The translations under genes were made by a program, and so were the position numbers. The notes under the pieces are model-generated. The model made no database searches. It had not been told where the DNA came from and worked only from the letters and a program-made list of their open reading frames with translations. A stretch of 47,553 nucleotides of DNA, from IMG/VR virus record IMGVR_UViG_2939177367_000001. The stretch is one strand, 5' to 3'. Shown here in pieces: positions 17,871 through 27,900 of the stretch. Position 1 is the stretch's first letter, and the number at the start of each line of letters is the position of its first letter. This DNA comes from a virus (Duplodnaviria > Heunggongvirae > Uroviricota > Caudoviricetes).

Positions 17871-18563
17871 TCAAATCTTATCTAACTCATTATAGGCTTC
17901 GATAATAAAAATTCTGATTTTAATAAGGCATGATTCAATGAAAGGAATTACTTCATGGTCATTCCCATGGAATCTTATTTTTTTCTCTTCGGTAATGACT
18001 ATGTTTAAAGGTACACCATTACCACTTCTTTGTAATTTCCCATTTTCGAAAGTAAAGTCTTCTAATTTTTTGCCATTGATGTGGTTGTTTTTAAAGAGAA
18101 TTTTTGCTGAGCTTCCTGCTGTGATTAAACCAAAACCATCTACGCTCACACTTAGGTCTTTAACAGAACTCTCTTCTCTTAAGGGGATTGGTTGTCTGTG
18201 CTTTACTTCATTAGTGAGATTACACATCATTTCCAACCAAGATTCGCCAGTGTGATAATCCTGTATAGAAGTAAAAATTTTATATAATGGAGAAGATGAT
18301 GGTGGGTTTATTTTTAGCGTCTTTGAGAAAAATTTATCAATAAACTCTCTTTTTCCGTAAGGGAAATATATTTTGGGGCGCTCATCATTACTGCGTGGAG
18401 AAATATATTTATCATAGGTATCATTAGCGAGATACTCTAAGGAACTTCGTAAGTTTTCCAAAATAGCTTTGACTTTTACAGGCTTGATATGCTGTGTCTG
18501 TCTCATTATGTCAAGACTTTCTTCAACTTCTTGCAATAAGTCCAACGAGCCTTCTCTAGACAT
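17871..18563 (-). CDS. hypothetical moron protein (230 aa) at the bor locus, AT-rich
   Basis: Long ORF in very AT-rich DNA, opposite strand to lysis and packaging genes, flanked by AT-rich promoter-like DNA; occupies the lambda bor position between Rz1 and terminase. Confidence 0.6.
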   Translation of the reverse strand: MSREGSLDLLQEVEESLDIMRQTQHIKPVKVKAILENLRSSLEYLANDTYDKYISPRSNDERPKIYFPYGKREFIDKFFSKTLKINPPSSSPLYKIFTSIQDYHTGESWLEMMCNLTNEVKHRQPIPLREESSVKDLSVSVDGFGLITAGSSAKILFKNNHINGKKLEDFTFENGKLQRSGNGVPLNIVITEEKKIRFHGNDHEVIPFIESCLIKIRIFIIEAYNELDKI

Positions 18564-19134
18564 ACAGGTAATTCTCCTTTATGAATTTTCAACATGTTAT
18601 AACTAATAATATATTTATCATATAACTGTATGAATAAATTGTGAGATTAGTAATGCAAGTTTCTATCCATAGTGTTCTCTAAGTACCCGCTTCCATCATG
18701 TTGTTACGGACGGTATGGCTAAAACAAAGCACCTGAAGTTAAACGTTCTGAACTTTATGCTCGTTGAGCATATGAATTATCTGTAACCCGATGCGCTGGT
18801 TGTGGTTCACATTGATGGTCGTAATCAGCAGCGGTGGTGCCTGATGGCATGCAACTTCTTACTTATAAAACTTCGTATGGAATTGTTGCCATAACGAGCC
18901 CAGCTTAGCAGTTTTTAATGGGTCCTCCCGGCAGTGTGTCCTGCCACGGGGCGGGAGCGTCGCGGAAAAAGGCTAGTTTTTGAAATTTCATTCGTCATCA
19001 CCACTACTGTAATGTATTGATATTACGGTTATTTTATTTTTATGGTGTCGATTTTGATTGTTTTTTGTTCACCACTAACACCGTTTGCCTAAAGTTGTTC
19101 GCAAGATGCATGTTTAAAACATTCTGGAGCGGGT

Positions 19135-19629
19135 ATGGATCGAGAGTTAAAAAATCTGACGCTGAATATCAGTCAACTGGCGGCACTGTCAGGTGTACAT
19201 CGCCAGACTGCTGCGGCAAGGCTGCAAAATCTACCCGTTGCAGGGGGGCATGAAAGCAACCTCAAGCTTTATCGGGTGGTTGATATTGTGTCGGCATTTC
19301 TGGCATTGCCACCGCCGGTTGCAGAAGGCGAAATGGACGCGCATGAGCGCAAAGCCTGGTATCAGTCTGAACGTGAGCGTCTTAAGTTCGAACAGGAAAC
19401 GGCACAACTCATTCCGGCCAGTGATGTCAGACGGGAGTTTGCCATCTGGGCAAAAGCGGTCGTGCAGGTGCTGGAGACATTACCGGATATTCTTGAACGT
19501 GACTGCGGTCTGCAGCCTGCCGCTGTGAGCCGTGTTCAGTCCATTATTGATGATCTGCGCGATCAGATAGCCCTGCGGGTGACTGAAGCAGGTGCGGATG
19601 ATGAGGAGGAATTACAGCAGGAGGAGTAA
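19135..19629 (+). CDS. terminase small subunit (164 aa)
   Basis: N-terminal HTH (LNISQLAALSGVHRQTAAARL), acidic C-terminus, directly upstream of and overlapping the large terminase. Confidence 0.65.
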   Translation: MDRELKNLTLNISQLAALSGVHRQTAAARLQNLPVAGGHESNLKLYRVVDIVSAFLALPPPVAEGEMDAHERKAWYQSERERLKFEQETAQLIPASDVRREFAIWAKAVVQVLETLPDILERDCGLQPAAVSRVQSIIDDLRDQIALRVTEAGADDEEELQQEE

Positions 19630-21731
19630 TGCTGAATCAGGAAACCGCAAAGGCAGCACGAACCGATTCAGGTTATATCCTTCGCGCACCGAGACGAATG
19701 CGGGTTGCTGATGCCGTTGCTCAGTATATGCGGGTGCCCATGGGGGCAGGGAACTCAGTCCCGTGGGATCCGCTGGTGGCACCGTATGTTATTGAGCCGA
19801 TGAACTGCCTGGCCTCGCGTGAATACGACGCAGTGATATTTGTTGGTCCGGCACGAACCGGCAAGACTATCGGCCTGATTGACGGCTGGGTGATTTACAA
19901 CGTGATTTGCGATCCTGCGGATATGCTGATCATTCAGATGACGGAGGAAAAAGCCCGCGAACACTCCAAAAAACGACTTGCCAGAACGTTTCGCGTCAGC
20001 CCGGAAGTGGTCAGTCGCCTGAGTCCGAACAAAAATGACAACAACGTTTATGACAGAACATTCCTTGCTGGCAACTACCTGAAAATCGGCTGGCCGTCAG
20101 TCAATATCATGTCCTCATCAGATTATAAATGCGTGGCGCTGACGGATTATGACCGTTTTCCGGAAGATATTGATGGCGAGGGGGATGCCTTCTCTCTTGC
20201 CTCAAAACGTACCACCACATTTATGTCCAGTGGTATGACGCTGGTGGAGAGTTCCCCCGGCAGGGATGTGAAGGATGTGAAATGGCGACGGACTTCACCG
20301 CATGAGGCTCCACCAACCACGGGGATACTGTCGCTCTATAACCGTGGCGATCGCCGTCGCTGGTACTGGCCCTGTCCACACTGTGGTGAGTATTTTCAGC
20401 CCTGCGGCGATGTGGTTGCTGGTTTCCGTGATATTGCCGATCCCGTGCTGGCAAGTGAGGCGGCTTATATTCAGTGTCCTTCCTGTTCAGGACGGATTAT
20501 GCCTGAACAAAAACGTGAGCTGAACGGACGTGGGGTCTGGTTGCGGGATGGTGAATCCATCAATGCGGATGGCAGTCGTTATGGTGATCCCCGACGCTCA
20601 CGTATTGCGTCATTCTGGATGGAGGGTCCGGCAGCTGCTTACCAGACACTCTCGCAACTCGTTTACAAACTGCTTACTGCAGAACAGGAATACGAGACAA
20701 CCGGAAGTGAAGAAACACTCAGGGCGGTTATCAACACCGACTGGGGATTACCTTATCTTCCCCGCGCCAGCATGGAGCAACGAAAAAGTGAACTGCTTGA
20801 GCAGCGGGCAGAGCCAGTTCCTTCCCACAGTGTGCCGGATGGCGTTAATTTCCTTGTGGCGACAGTGGATGTGCAGGCGGGACGTCATCGCCGTTTTGTG
20901 GTTCAGGTAACGGGCTATGGCAGCCGTGGCGAACGCTGGATTATTGATCGTTACAACATCACGCAGTCATTGCGCGGTGACAGCGACGGGGAGAGCCAGC
21001 GAATTGATCCGGCCAGCTATCCGGAAGACTGGGATGTCCTGCTGACGGATGTTTTTCATAAAAGCTGGCCGCTGGCCTCCGATCCTTCTCAACAAATGCG
21101 ACTGATGGCAATGGCGGTGGACTCCGGCGGTGAAGACGGGGTCACTGATAATGCCTATAAATTCTGGCGTCGTTGCCGTCGTGATGGCCTTGGTAAACGT
21201 ATTTACCTGTTTAAGGGCGACAGCATCCGGCGCGCAAAACTGATCACTCGTACATTCCCTGATAACACCGGACGAACGGGCCGACGGGCGCAGGCCGCAG
21301 GTGATGTGCCGCTCTGGCTTCTTCAGACGGATGCACTGAAAGACCGGGTGAATAACGCGTTATGGCGTGACTCGCCAGGTCCCGGCTATGTGCATTTCCC
21401 TGACTGGCTGGGGAGCTGGTTTTACGACGAACTGACGTATGAAGAGCGGAGCAGTGACGGGAAATGGAGTAAGCCTGGTCGCGGTGCCAACGAAGCTTTT
21501 GACCTGATGGTGTATGCCGAGGCTCTGGTCATTCTGCATGGATACGAAAAGATCCGCTGGCCGGATGCACCGGAGTGGGCGAGCCGGGAAACCTGGCTGG
21601 AGTGTGTCCAGGACAGTACCGAACCGTCATCCTCACCGGAACCGGTATCCACGCCTGTTAAAAAACAAAAACGGAAGAAAACAGTAACTGACGATGTTAA
21701 CCCCTGGCTGACTTCCGGAGGATGGTTATGA
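19629..21731 (+). CDS. A: terminase large subunit, lambda gpA family (700 aa)
   Basis: Size, Walker A-like VGPARTGKT, Cys cluster CPHCGEYF...CPSCSG as in GpA-type terminases. Confidence 0.9.
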   Translation: MLNQETAKAARTDSGYILRAPRRMRVADAVAQYMRVPMGAGNSVPWDPLVAPYVIEPMNCLASREYDAVIFVGPARTGKTIGLIDGWVIYNVICDPADMLIIQMTEEKAREHSKKRLARTFRVSPEVVSRLSPNKNDNNVYDRTFLAGNYLKIGWPSVNIMSSSDYKCVALTDYDRFPEDIDGEGDAFSLASKRTTTFMSSGMTLVESSPGRDVKDVKWRRTSPHEAPPTTGILSLYNRGDRRRWYWPCPHCGEYFQPCGDVVAGFRDIADPVLASEAAYIQCPSCSGRIMPEQKRELNGRGVWLRDGESINADGSRYGDPRRSRIASFWMEGPAAAYQTLSQLVYKLLTAEQEYETTGSEETLRAVINTDWGLPYLPRASMEQRKSELLEQRAEPVPSHSVPDGVNFLVATVDVQAGRHRRFVVQVTGYGSRGERWIIDRYNITQSLRGDSDGESQRIDPASYPEDWDVLLTDVFHKSWPLASDPSQQMRLMAMAVDSGGEDGVTDNAYKFWRRCRRDGLGKRIYLFKGDSIRRAKLITRTFPDNTGRTGRRAQAAGDVPLWLLQTDALKDRVNNALWRDSPGPGYVHFPDWLGSWFYDELTYEERSSDGKWSKPGRGANEAFDLMVYAEALVILHGYEKIRWPDAPEWASRETWLECVQDSTEPSSSPEPVSTPVKKQKRKKTVTDDVNPWLTSGGWL

Positions 21732-21940
21732 ACCAGAATGATATCGAAGCCATGATTCAGCGTTATATGGAAGCTGAAATGGCGGTGCTGGACGGAAAAT
21801 CCGTCACCTTTAATGGTCAGCAGATGACCATGGAAAACTTATCTGAGATCCGGCAGGGACGGCAGGAGTGGGAGCGCCGCCTTGCGGCTCTGATTACACG
21901 ACGACGGGGGCATCCCGGGTACCGGCTGGCGAGGTTCTGA
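21728..21940 (+). CDS. W: head-tail joining protein W-like (about 70 aa)
   Basis: Small ORF between terminase and portal; gpW-like size and RRRG motif. Confidence 0.55.
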   Translation: MNQNDIEAMIQRYMEAEMAVLDGKSVTFNGQQMTMENLSEIRQGRQEWERRLAALITRRRGHPGYRLARF

Positions 21941-23448
21941 TGGCAATTCTTGATGATGTGATTGGCGTTTTTTCACCTGGATGGAAAGCGGCAAGGCTGC
22001 GTTCCCGTGCGGTGATCCAGGCTTATGAAGCCGTAAAAACGACGCGGACACACAAAGCCCGACGGGAGAACCGAACTGCCGACCAGCTAAGCCAGTACGG
22101 GGCCGTGTCGTTACGTGAGCAGGCCCGTTACCTTGATAACAACCACGATCTGGTTATTGGTGTATTTGACAAGCTGGAAGAACGGGTGGTGGGGAAAAAC
22201 GGGATTATTGTCGAGCCACATCCGGTATTACGCAATGGGGCCATTGCCCGTGACCTGGCTGCGGAGATTCGCACCCGATGGAGTGAATGGTCTGTCAGCC
22301 CGGAAGTCACCGGGCAGTTTACCCGTCCGATGCTGGAACGTCTGATGCTGCGTACCTGGCTGCGCGATGGTGAGGTGTTTGCCCAGATGGTTTCCGGGCG
22401 CATAAACAGCCTGACGCCTTCTGCCGGTGTTCATTTCTGGCTGGAGGCGCTCGAGCCAGACTTTATTCCCATGACCAGTGATGAGAGCAACAGGCTGAAT
22501 CAGGGCGTGTTTGTTGATGACTGGGGGCGTCCCGAAAAATATCTGGTGTATAAAAGCCGTCCCGTATCCGGACGGCAGATGGAAACCAAAGAAGTGGATG
22601 CAGAGCGAATGCTGCATCTTAAATTTGTTCGCCGTCTGCACCAGATGCGCGGGACGTCTTTGTTGTCCGGTGTGCTGATCCGCCTCAGTGCCCTGAAAGA
22701 TTATGAAGATTATGAGCTGACTGCAGCAAGGATCGCCGCTGCTCTGGGGATGTACATCCGCAAAGGCGACGGGCAGAGCTATGAACCGGATGGTAATGGC
22801 AGCAAGGATAAGGAACGCGAGCTTACCATTCAGCCAGGCATTATTTACGACGATCTGAAACCCGGCGAAGAAATCGGAATGGTGAAGTCGGATCGCCCCA
22901 ATCCTAACCTTGAAACTTTTCGTAATGGTCAGTTGCGTGCCGTGGCGGCGGGCAGTCGTCTGAGTTTTTCCAGTACAGCGCGCAACTATAACGGCACTTA
23001 CAGCGCCCAGCGTCAGGAGCTGGTTGAATCTACTGATGGCTACCTGATCCTGCAGGACTGGTTTATTGGTGCCGTCACCCGCCCGATGTATCGTGCATGG
23101 CTGAAACAGGCTGTGGCATCCGGTGTTATCAGGCTACCCCGCGATCTTGACCGTTCTTCACTGTATACCGCGGTGTATTCCGGACCGGTGATGCCGTGGA
23201 TTGACCCTGTTAAGGAGGCTGAGGCCTGGAAAATCCAGATTCGTGGTGGAGCGGCGACAGAATCAGACTGGGTACGTGCTGGTGGTCGTAATCCGGATGA
23301 TGTCAAACGTCGGCGCAAGGCCGAAATTGATGAAAACCGCAAGCTGGATCTGGTATTTGATACCGATCCGGCCAGTGATAAAGGAGGCAGCAGTGCCGCA
23401 ACGAAACGACAGGAGCCGCAGCACACCGACGACCAGTCCGAAGAATAA
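21940..23448 (+). CDS. B: portal protein, lambda gpB family (502 aa)
   Basis: Size and position; start overlaps W stop (TGATG). Confidence 0.85.
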   Translation: MAILDDVIGVFSPGWKAARLRSRAVIQAYEAVKTTRTHKARRENRTADQLSQYGAVSLREQARYLDNNHDLVIGVFDKLEERVVGKNGIIVEPHPVLRNGAIARDLAAEIRTRWSEWSVSPEVTGQFTRPMLERLMLRTWLRDGEVFAQMVSGRINSLTPSAGVHFWLEALEPDFIPMTSDESNRLNQGVFVDDWGRPEKYLVYKSRPVSGRQMETKEVDAERMLHLKFVRRLHQMRGTSLLSGVLIRLSALKDYEDYELTAARIAAALGMYIRKGDGQSYEPDGNGSKDKERELTIQPGIIYDDLKPGEEIGMVKSDRPNPNLETFRNGQLRAVAAGSRLSFSSTARNYNGTYSAQRQELVESTDGYLILQDWFIGAVTRPMYRAWLKQAVASGVIRLPRDLDRSSLYTAVYSGPVMPWIDPVKEAEAWKIQIRGGAATESDWVRAGGRNPDDVKRRRKAEIDENRKLDLVFDTDPASDKGGSSAATKRQEPQHTDDQSEE

Positions 23449-25420
23449 TTCCTGGTTCAGGATGCAGGCTGGTCACCAGAGTGACGCGGATATTTATATT
23501 TATGACGAGATTGGTTTCTGGGGTGTTACAGCGAAGCAGTTTATCAGTGATCTGAATGCACTGGGCGATATCACCCACATTAATCTCCATATTAATTCAC
23601 CGGGTGGCGATGTCTTTGAAGGCATCGCCATTTTTAATGCGCTGAAAACACATGGTGCGTCCATTACCGTTTATGTCGACGGTGTGGCGGCGTCAATGGC
23701 GTCGGTCATTGCGATGGTGGGAAACCCGGTCATTATGCCGGAAAACACCTTCATGATGATTCATAAACCATTTGGCTTTACGGGCGGTGATGCGGAGGAC
23801 ATGCGCACCTATGCCGACCTGCTCGATAAGGTTGAGGCGGTTCTGTTACCCGCTTATGCACAGAAAACCGGGAAAACCACCGATGAAATTGCTGCCATGC
23901 TGGCGGATGAGACCTGGATGTCCGGTGCCGAATGTCTGGCACAGGGATTTGCTGATCAGGTGACGCCAGCCGTTAAGGCAATGGCATGTATTCAGTCAAA
24001 ACGTACAGAGGAATTTAAAAAGATGCCGGAATCCATTCGAAACATGATTACTCCGCCACGCAACAGTGCTCCACGCGTACAGGATGATGAACCTGCAGCC
24101 TCCCGGACGCCAGTGCAGGCAGCAGCACCCGTGGTGGATGAAAACAGCATCCGTGCGCAGGTCCTGGCAGAGCAAAAAGCGCGTGTAAACGGTATTAATG
24201 ATCTGTTTGCCATGTTTGGCGGGCGTTATCAGGCGCTGCAGGCTCAGTGTCTTGCCGATCCTGAATGTTCGCTGGAGCAGGCCCGCGAAAAGCTGTTGAA
24301 CGAGATGGGGCGCGAGTCCACGCCATCCAATAAAAATACCCCGGCTCATATTTATGCCGGTAACGGTAATTTTGTGGGGGACGGGATCCGCCAGGCGCTG
24401 ATGGCGCGTGCCGGATTTGAAAAAACCGAACGTGATAATGTCTACAACGGGATGACCCTGCGTGAATATGCCCGTATGTCACTGACTGAACGGGGTATTG
24501 GGGTTTCCAGTTATAACCCGATGCAGATGGTCGGTGCGGCGTTCACACACAGTACGTCTGACTTCGGTAATATTCTGCTGGATGTTGCGAACAAAGCCAT
24601 TCTGCAGGGCTGGGAAGATGCCCCTGAAACCTATGAACAGTGGACGCGGAAAGGTCAGTTGTCTGATTTTAAAATTGCCCATCGTGTGGGTATGGGGGGC
24701 TTCAGTGCTCTGCGTCAGGTGCGTGAAGGGGCGGAATATAAATACGTCACCACCGGAGATAAACAGGCCACTATTGCACTGGCGACCTATGGCGAGCTGT
24801 TCAGTATCACCCGTCAGGCCATTATCAATGATGATCTGAATATGCTGACCGATGTCCCGATGAAACTGGGCCGTGCGGCGAAATCCACTATTGCCGATCT
24901 GGTTTATGCCATTCTGACGTCTAACCCGAAAATCTCCACAGATAATGTAAGTCTGTTCGATAAAGCGAAACATGCAAACGTACTGGAGAGCGCTGCAATG
25001 GACGTGGCATCGCTGGATAAAGCCCGCCAGTTGATGCGCGTTCAGAAAGAGGGTGAGCGTCATCTGAATATTCGTCCTGCGTTCGTACTGGTACCGACGG
25101 CGATGGAGTCTGTTGCTAACCAGGTCATTCGCTCCTCAAGTGTCAAGGGGGCTGACATTAACGCCGGTATTATTAACCCGGTGAAAGATTTTGCGACCGT
25201 TATTGCAGAGCCTCGTCTTGATGATAACAGCCAGACCACCTTCTACCTGGCTGCGTCCAAAGGCTCCGATACGATTGAAGTGGCTTATCTCAACGGTGTG
25301 GATACGCCATATATTGATCAGATGGAGGGCTTCAGTGTGGATGGCGTGACAACGAAAGTGCGTATTGACGCTGGTGTCGCGCCAGTTGATCACCGCGGTC
25401 TGGTGAAATGTACGGCGTAA
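23402..25420 (+). CDS. prohead protease (ClpP/S49-like) fused in one ORF to scaffold and major capsid domains (672 aa)
   Basis: N-terminal ClpP-like block (INSPGGDV...ASMASVIAM), Ala/Gln-rich linker, C-terminal capsid-like domain; AGGAGG RBS 5 nt before GTG start. Confidence 0.7.
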   Translation, partial: RNDRSRSTPTTSPKNNSWFRMQAGHQSDADIYIYDEIGFWGVTAKQFISDLNALGDITHINLHINSPGGDVFEGIAIFNALKTHGASITVYVDGVAASMASVIAMVGNPVIMPENTFMMIHKPFGFTGGDAEDMRTYADLLDKVEAVLLPAYAQKTGKTTDEIAAMLADETWMSGAECLAQGFADQVTPAVKAMACIQSKRTEEFKKMPESIRNMITPPRNSAPRVQDDEPAASRTPVQAAAPVVDENSIRAQVLAEQKARVNGINDLFAMFGGRYQALQAQCLADPECSLEQAREKLLNEMGRESTPSNKNTPAHIYAGNGNFVGDGIRQALMARAGFEKTERDNVYNGMTLREYARMSLTERGIGVSSYNPMQMVGAAFTHSTSDFGNILLDVANKAILQGWEDAPETYEQWTRKGQLSDFKIAHRVGMGGFSALRQVREGAEYKYVTTGDKQATIALATYGELFSITRQAIINDDLNMLTDVPMKLGRAAKSTIADLVYAILTSNPKISTDNVSLFDKAKHANVLESAAMDVASLDKARQLMRVQKEGERHLNIRPAFVLVPTAMESVANQVIRSSSVKGADINAGIINPVKDFATVIAEPRLDDNSQTTFYLAASKGSDTIEVAYLNGVDTPYIDQMEGFSVDGVTTKVRIDAGVAPVDHRGLVKCTA

Positions 25421-25506
25421 TCGTCGCAGATAACAACTCTGATGGCCCGTAAGGGCTTTTTTTGTACCTGAAATCAGCCCCTGAACGGGGCTGTGCGGAG
25501 ACAGTT

Positions 25507-25830
25507 ATGGCAAAGAATTTTGTAGAAGAAGGAAAAACGGTGGCGATTGTTGCCAGTGCAGCCATCAGCAGCGGAGATCTGGTGCAGGTGGGTGATATTT
25601 TTGCGGTGGCGCTGACCGATATTCAACAGGGTGAAACAGGCGACGGCATGACCGAAGGTGTGTTTATGCTGCCTAAGCTGAAAACGGATGACATGAAAAC
25701 GGGTAAGAAGGTTTATCTGAAGTCCGGAAAAGTTCAGCTGACTAACAGCGGCTCTGATCCGCTGGTCGGGGTTGTCTGGGCAGATGCCGGAACCAGTGCA
25801 GAAGAAGTGCCGGTAAAACTCAATGTCTGA
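25507..25830 (+). CDS. small head protein (decoration or DUF2190-like, 107 aa)
   Basis: Position after capsid gene; GGAG RBS; Gly/Val-rich beta-like composition. Confidence 0.45.
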   Translation: MAKNFVEEGKTVAIVASAAISSGDLVQVGDIFAVALTDIQQGETGDGMTEGVFMLPKLKTDDMKTGKKVYLKSGKVQLTNSGSDPLVGVVWADAGTSAEEVPVKLNV

Positions 25831-26098
25831 TCCCTTTTCCCGGCTGGCAGCGCGTATGGATGCGATCACGGTCAGAAAGATGGGAAAGACAGCCTCGATT
25901 AATGATGTCGATATGACTGTGATCCCGGGAGAAACACTGGCAGAGCTGAATGCTCTGTCCGGACCTGCGGTCTCTCTGGTGGTGTTTTCTTCGGGATACC
26001 GCCCACGGCGCGGGGATCGCGTTGTTTATGACGGACAACATTGGACGGTCACACGGCATGAACGCTTTAACGGTAAGCCAATGATCTTTATTGAGTAA
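25823..26098 (+). CDS. head-tail connector / head completion protein (91 aa)
   Basis: Synteny between head and tail genes; start overlaps upstream stop. Confidence 0.45.
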   Translation: MSDPFSRLAARMDAITVRKMGKTASINDVDMTVIPGETLAELNALSGPAVSLVVFSSGYRPRRGDRVVYDGQHWTVTRHERFNGKPMIFIE

Positions 26099-26109
26099 AG
26101 AGGTGTGGG

Positions 26110-26688
26110 ATGAAGGGGCTTGAGAATGCCATCCGCAATCTGAACAGCCTTGATACCCGTATGGTGCCACAGGCCAGCGCATGGGCGATAAACCGTGTTG
26201 CACAGAAAGCGGTCTCGGTTGCCACCCGGCAGGTTGCCGGGAATACCGTTGCGGGAGATAACCAGGTGAAAGGGATACCCCTGAAACTGGTACGTCAGCG
26301 TGTCCGGGTGTTTAAAGCCAGTCCGTCAGGAAAAATGACGGCCAGGATCCGCGTTAACCGGGGCAATCTGCCTGCCATTAAGCTGGGGACCGCCCGGGTC
26401 AGACTGACCCGGCGTGGTGGAAAACTGCAGTACCGTGGCAGTGTGCTGAAGGTGGGTAAATATCTTTTCCGGGATGCGTTTATTCAGCAACTGGCGAATG
26501 GTCGCTGGCATGTGATGCGGCGTATTGATGGCAAAAATCGTTACCCCATTGATGTGGTGAAAGTCCCGCTGTCCGGACCGCTGACACAGGCATTTGAAGA
26601 TGCCCGCGACCGCATTATTGCTGCGGAAATGCCGAAACAGCTGGGGTATGCACTGAAACAACAACTGAGGTTATGGCTGACCCGATGA
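26110..26688 (+). CDS. Z: minor tail protein Z-like (192 aa)
   Basis: Length equals lambda gpZ; synteny before U and V. Confidence 0.65.
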   Translation: MKGLENAIRNLNSLDTRMVPQASAWAINRVAQKAVSVATRQVAGNTVAGDNQVKGIPLKLVRQRVRVFKASPSGKMTARIRVNRGNLPAIKLGTARVRLTRRGGKLQYRGSVLKVGKYLFRDAFIQQLANGRWHVMRRIDGKNRYPIDVVKVPLSGPLTQAFEDARDRIIAAEMPKQLGYALKQQLRLWLTR

Positions 26689-27086
26689 ACCGACATACAC
26701 AAATCCGCCAGGCCGTACTGGCACGCCTTCGGGAACAGTGTGGAGACAGCGCCACGTTTTTTGACGGGCTTCCGGCATTTATTGATGCGCAGGAACTGCC
26801 TGCCGTGGCGGTGTGGCTGAGTGATGCTCAGTACACCGGAAAAATGACGGATGAAGATGACTGGCAGGCTGTTCTGCATATTGCTGTCTTCATCCGGGCA
26901 CAGGCACCGGATTCAGAGCTGGATATGTGGATGGAGAGCACTATTTTCCCGGCCCTGAATGATGTACCGGCACTTTCCGGACTCATCGACACCCTGATCC
27001 CACTCGGTTTTAACTATCAACGTGATAATGAGATGGCCACCTGGGCGATGGCGGAAATCACGTACCAGATCACGTACACGAATTAA
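26673..27086 (+). CDS. U: tail terminator protein U-like (137 aa)
   Basis: Size and synteny immediately upstream of the major tail protein. Confidence 0.65.
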   Translation: MADPMNRHTQIRQAVLARLREQCGDSATFFDGLPAFIDAQELPAVAVWLSDAQYTGKMTDEDDWQAVLHIAVFIRAQAPDSELDMWMESTIFPALNDVPALSGLIDTLIPLGFNYQRDNEMATWAMAEITYQITYTN

Positions 27087-27096
27087 GGAGGTGGCA

Positions 27097-27840
27097 ATGA
27101 CCACACCAAATCCACTGGCAAAAACGAAAGGTGCGGGAACGACGTTCTGGATGTACACCGGCAAGGGCGATGCGTTTGCGAACCCTTTATCGGACACTGA
27201 CTGGCTGCGTCTTGCGATGGTGAAGGATCTGCAACCTGGCGAAATGACCGCTGATGCAGAAGATGACACTTATCTCGATGATGAAGATGCAGACTGGAAA
27301 ACGACAACCCAGGGGCAGAAATCCGTCGGTGATACTTCGGCGACGCTGGCCTGGCGTCCGGGTGACAGCGGGCAGAAAAAACTGGTTCAGTTGTTCGACT
27401 CCGGTGAAGTCTGCGCGTTTCGTATCAAATATCCCAACGGCACTGTTGATGTTTTCCGTGGCTGGCTGAGCTCACTGGGTAAAACCATTGCCTCAAAAGA
27501 CGTGATGACCCGCACAGTGAAAATCAGCGGTGTGGGGCGTCCGTATCTGGCAGAGGAAGGCACTGAAACAGTGAGCGTTACCGGGCTGACGGTGGCACCG
27601 GCATCTGCCAGTGTAAAAGTGGGAGCAACCACCACGCTGACCTTTACAGTAAAACCTGACGGAGCCAGTGACAAAGCGATCAGTGTGCATTCGACAGATC
27701 CACAGACTGCCACGGTGACCCTGAACGGGCTTGTGGCCACGGTGAAAGGCGTGAAGCAGGGCAGTGTCAGCATTGTGGGCATGACTTCTGACGGCGATTT
27801 TGTGGCCGTGGCTGCGGTGGCTGTCAGCGCCGCAGGTTAA
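27097..27840 (+). CDS. V: major tail protein V with C-terminal Ig-like (Big_2) domain (247 aa)
   Basis: AAGGAGG RBS; C-terminal Thr/Val-rich Ig-like segment as in lambda gpV. Confidence 0.85.
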   Translation: MTTPNPLAKTKGAGTTFWMYTGKGDAFANPLSDTDWLRLAMVKDLQPGEMTADAEDDTYLDDEDADWKTTTQGQKSVGDTSATLAWRPGDSGQKKLVQLFDSGEVCAFRIKYPNGTVDVFRGWLSSLGKTIASKDVMTRTVKISGVGRPYLAEEGTETVSVTGLTVAPASASVKVGATTTLTFTVKPDGASDKAISVHSTDPQTATVTLNGLVATVKGVKQGSVSIVGMTSDGDFVAVAAVAVSAAG

Positions 27841-27860
27841 CAGGACGATACTCATCATTT

Positions 27861-27885
27861 GCCCCGGTTATCCGGGGCTTTTTTG
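27861..27885 (+). terminator. hairpin plus T-run between V and G
   Basis: CCCCGG-TTAT-CCGGGG followed by TTTTTTG. Confidence 0.5.
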
Positions 27886-27900
27886 CAGGTGGAGAACATG

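Noticed and set aside
24479-25063. 194-aa minus-strand ORF and other antisense ORFs within the capsid gene
   Set aside because: Antisense to the protease-capsid ORF; no RBS and no coding-like composition.
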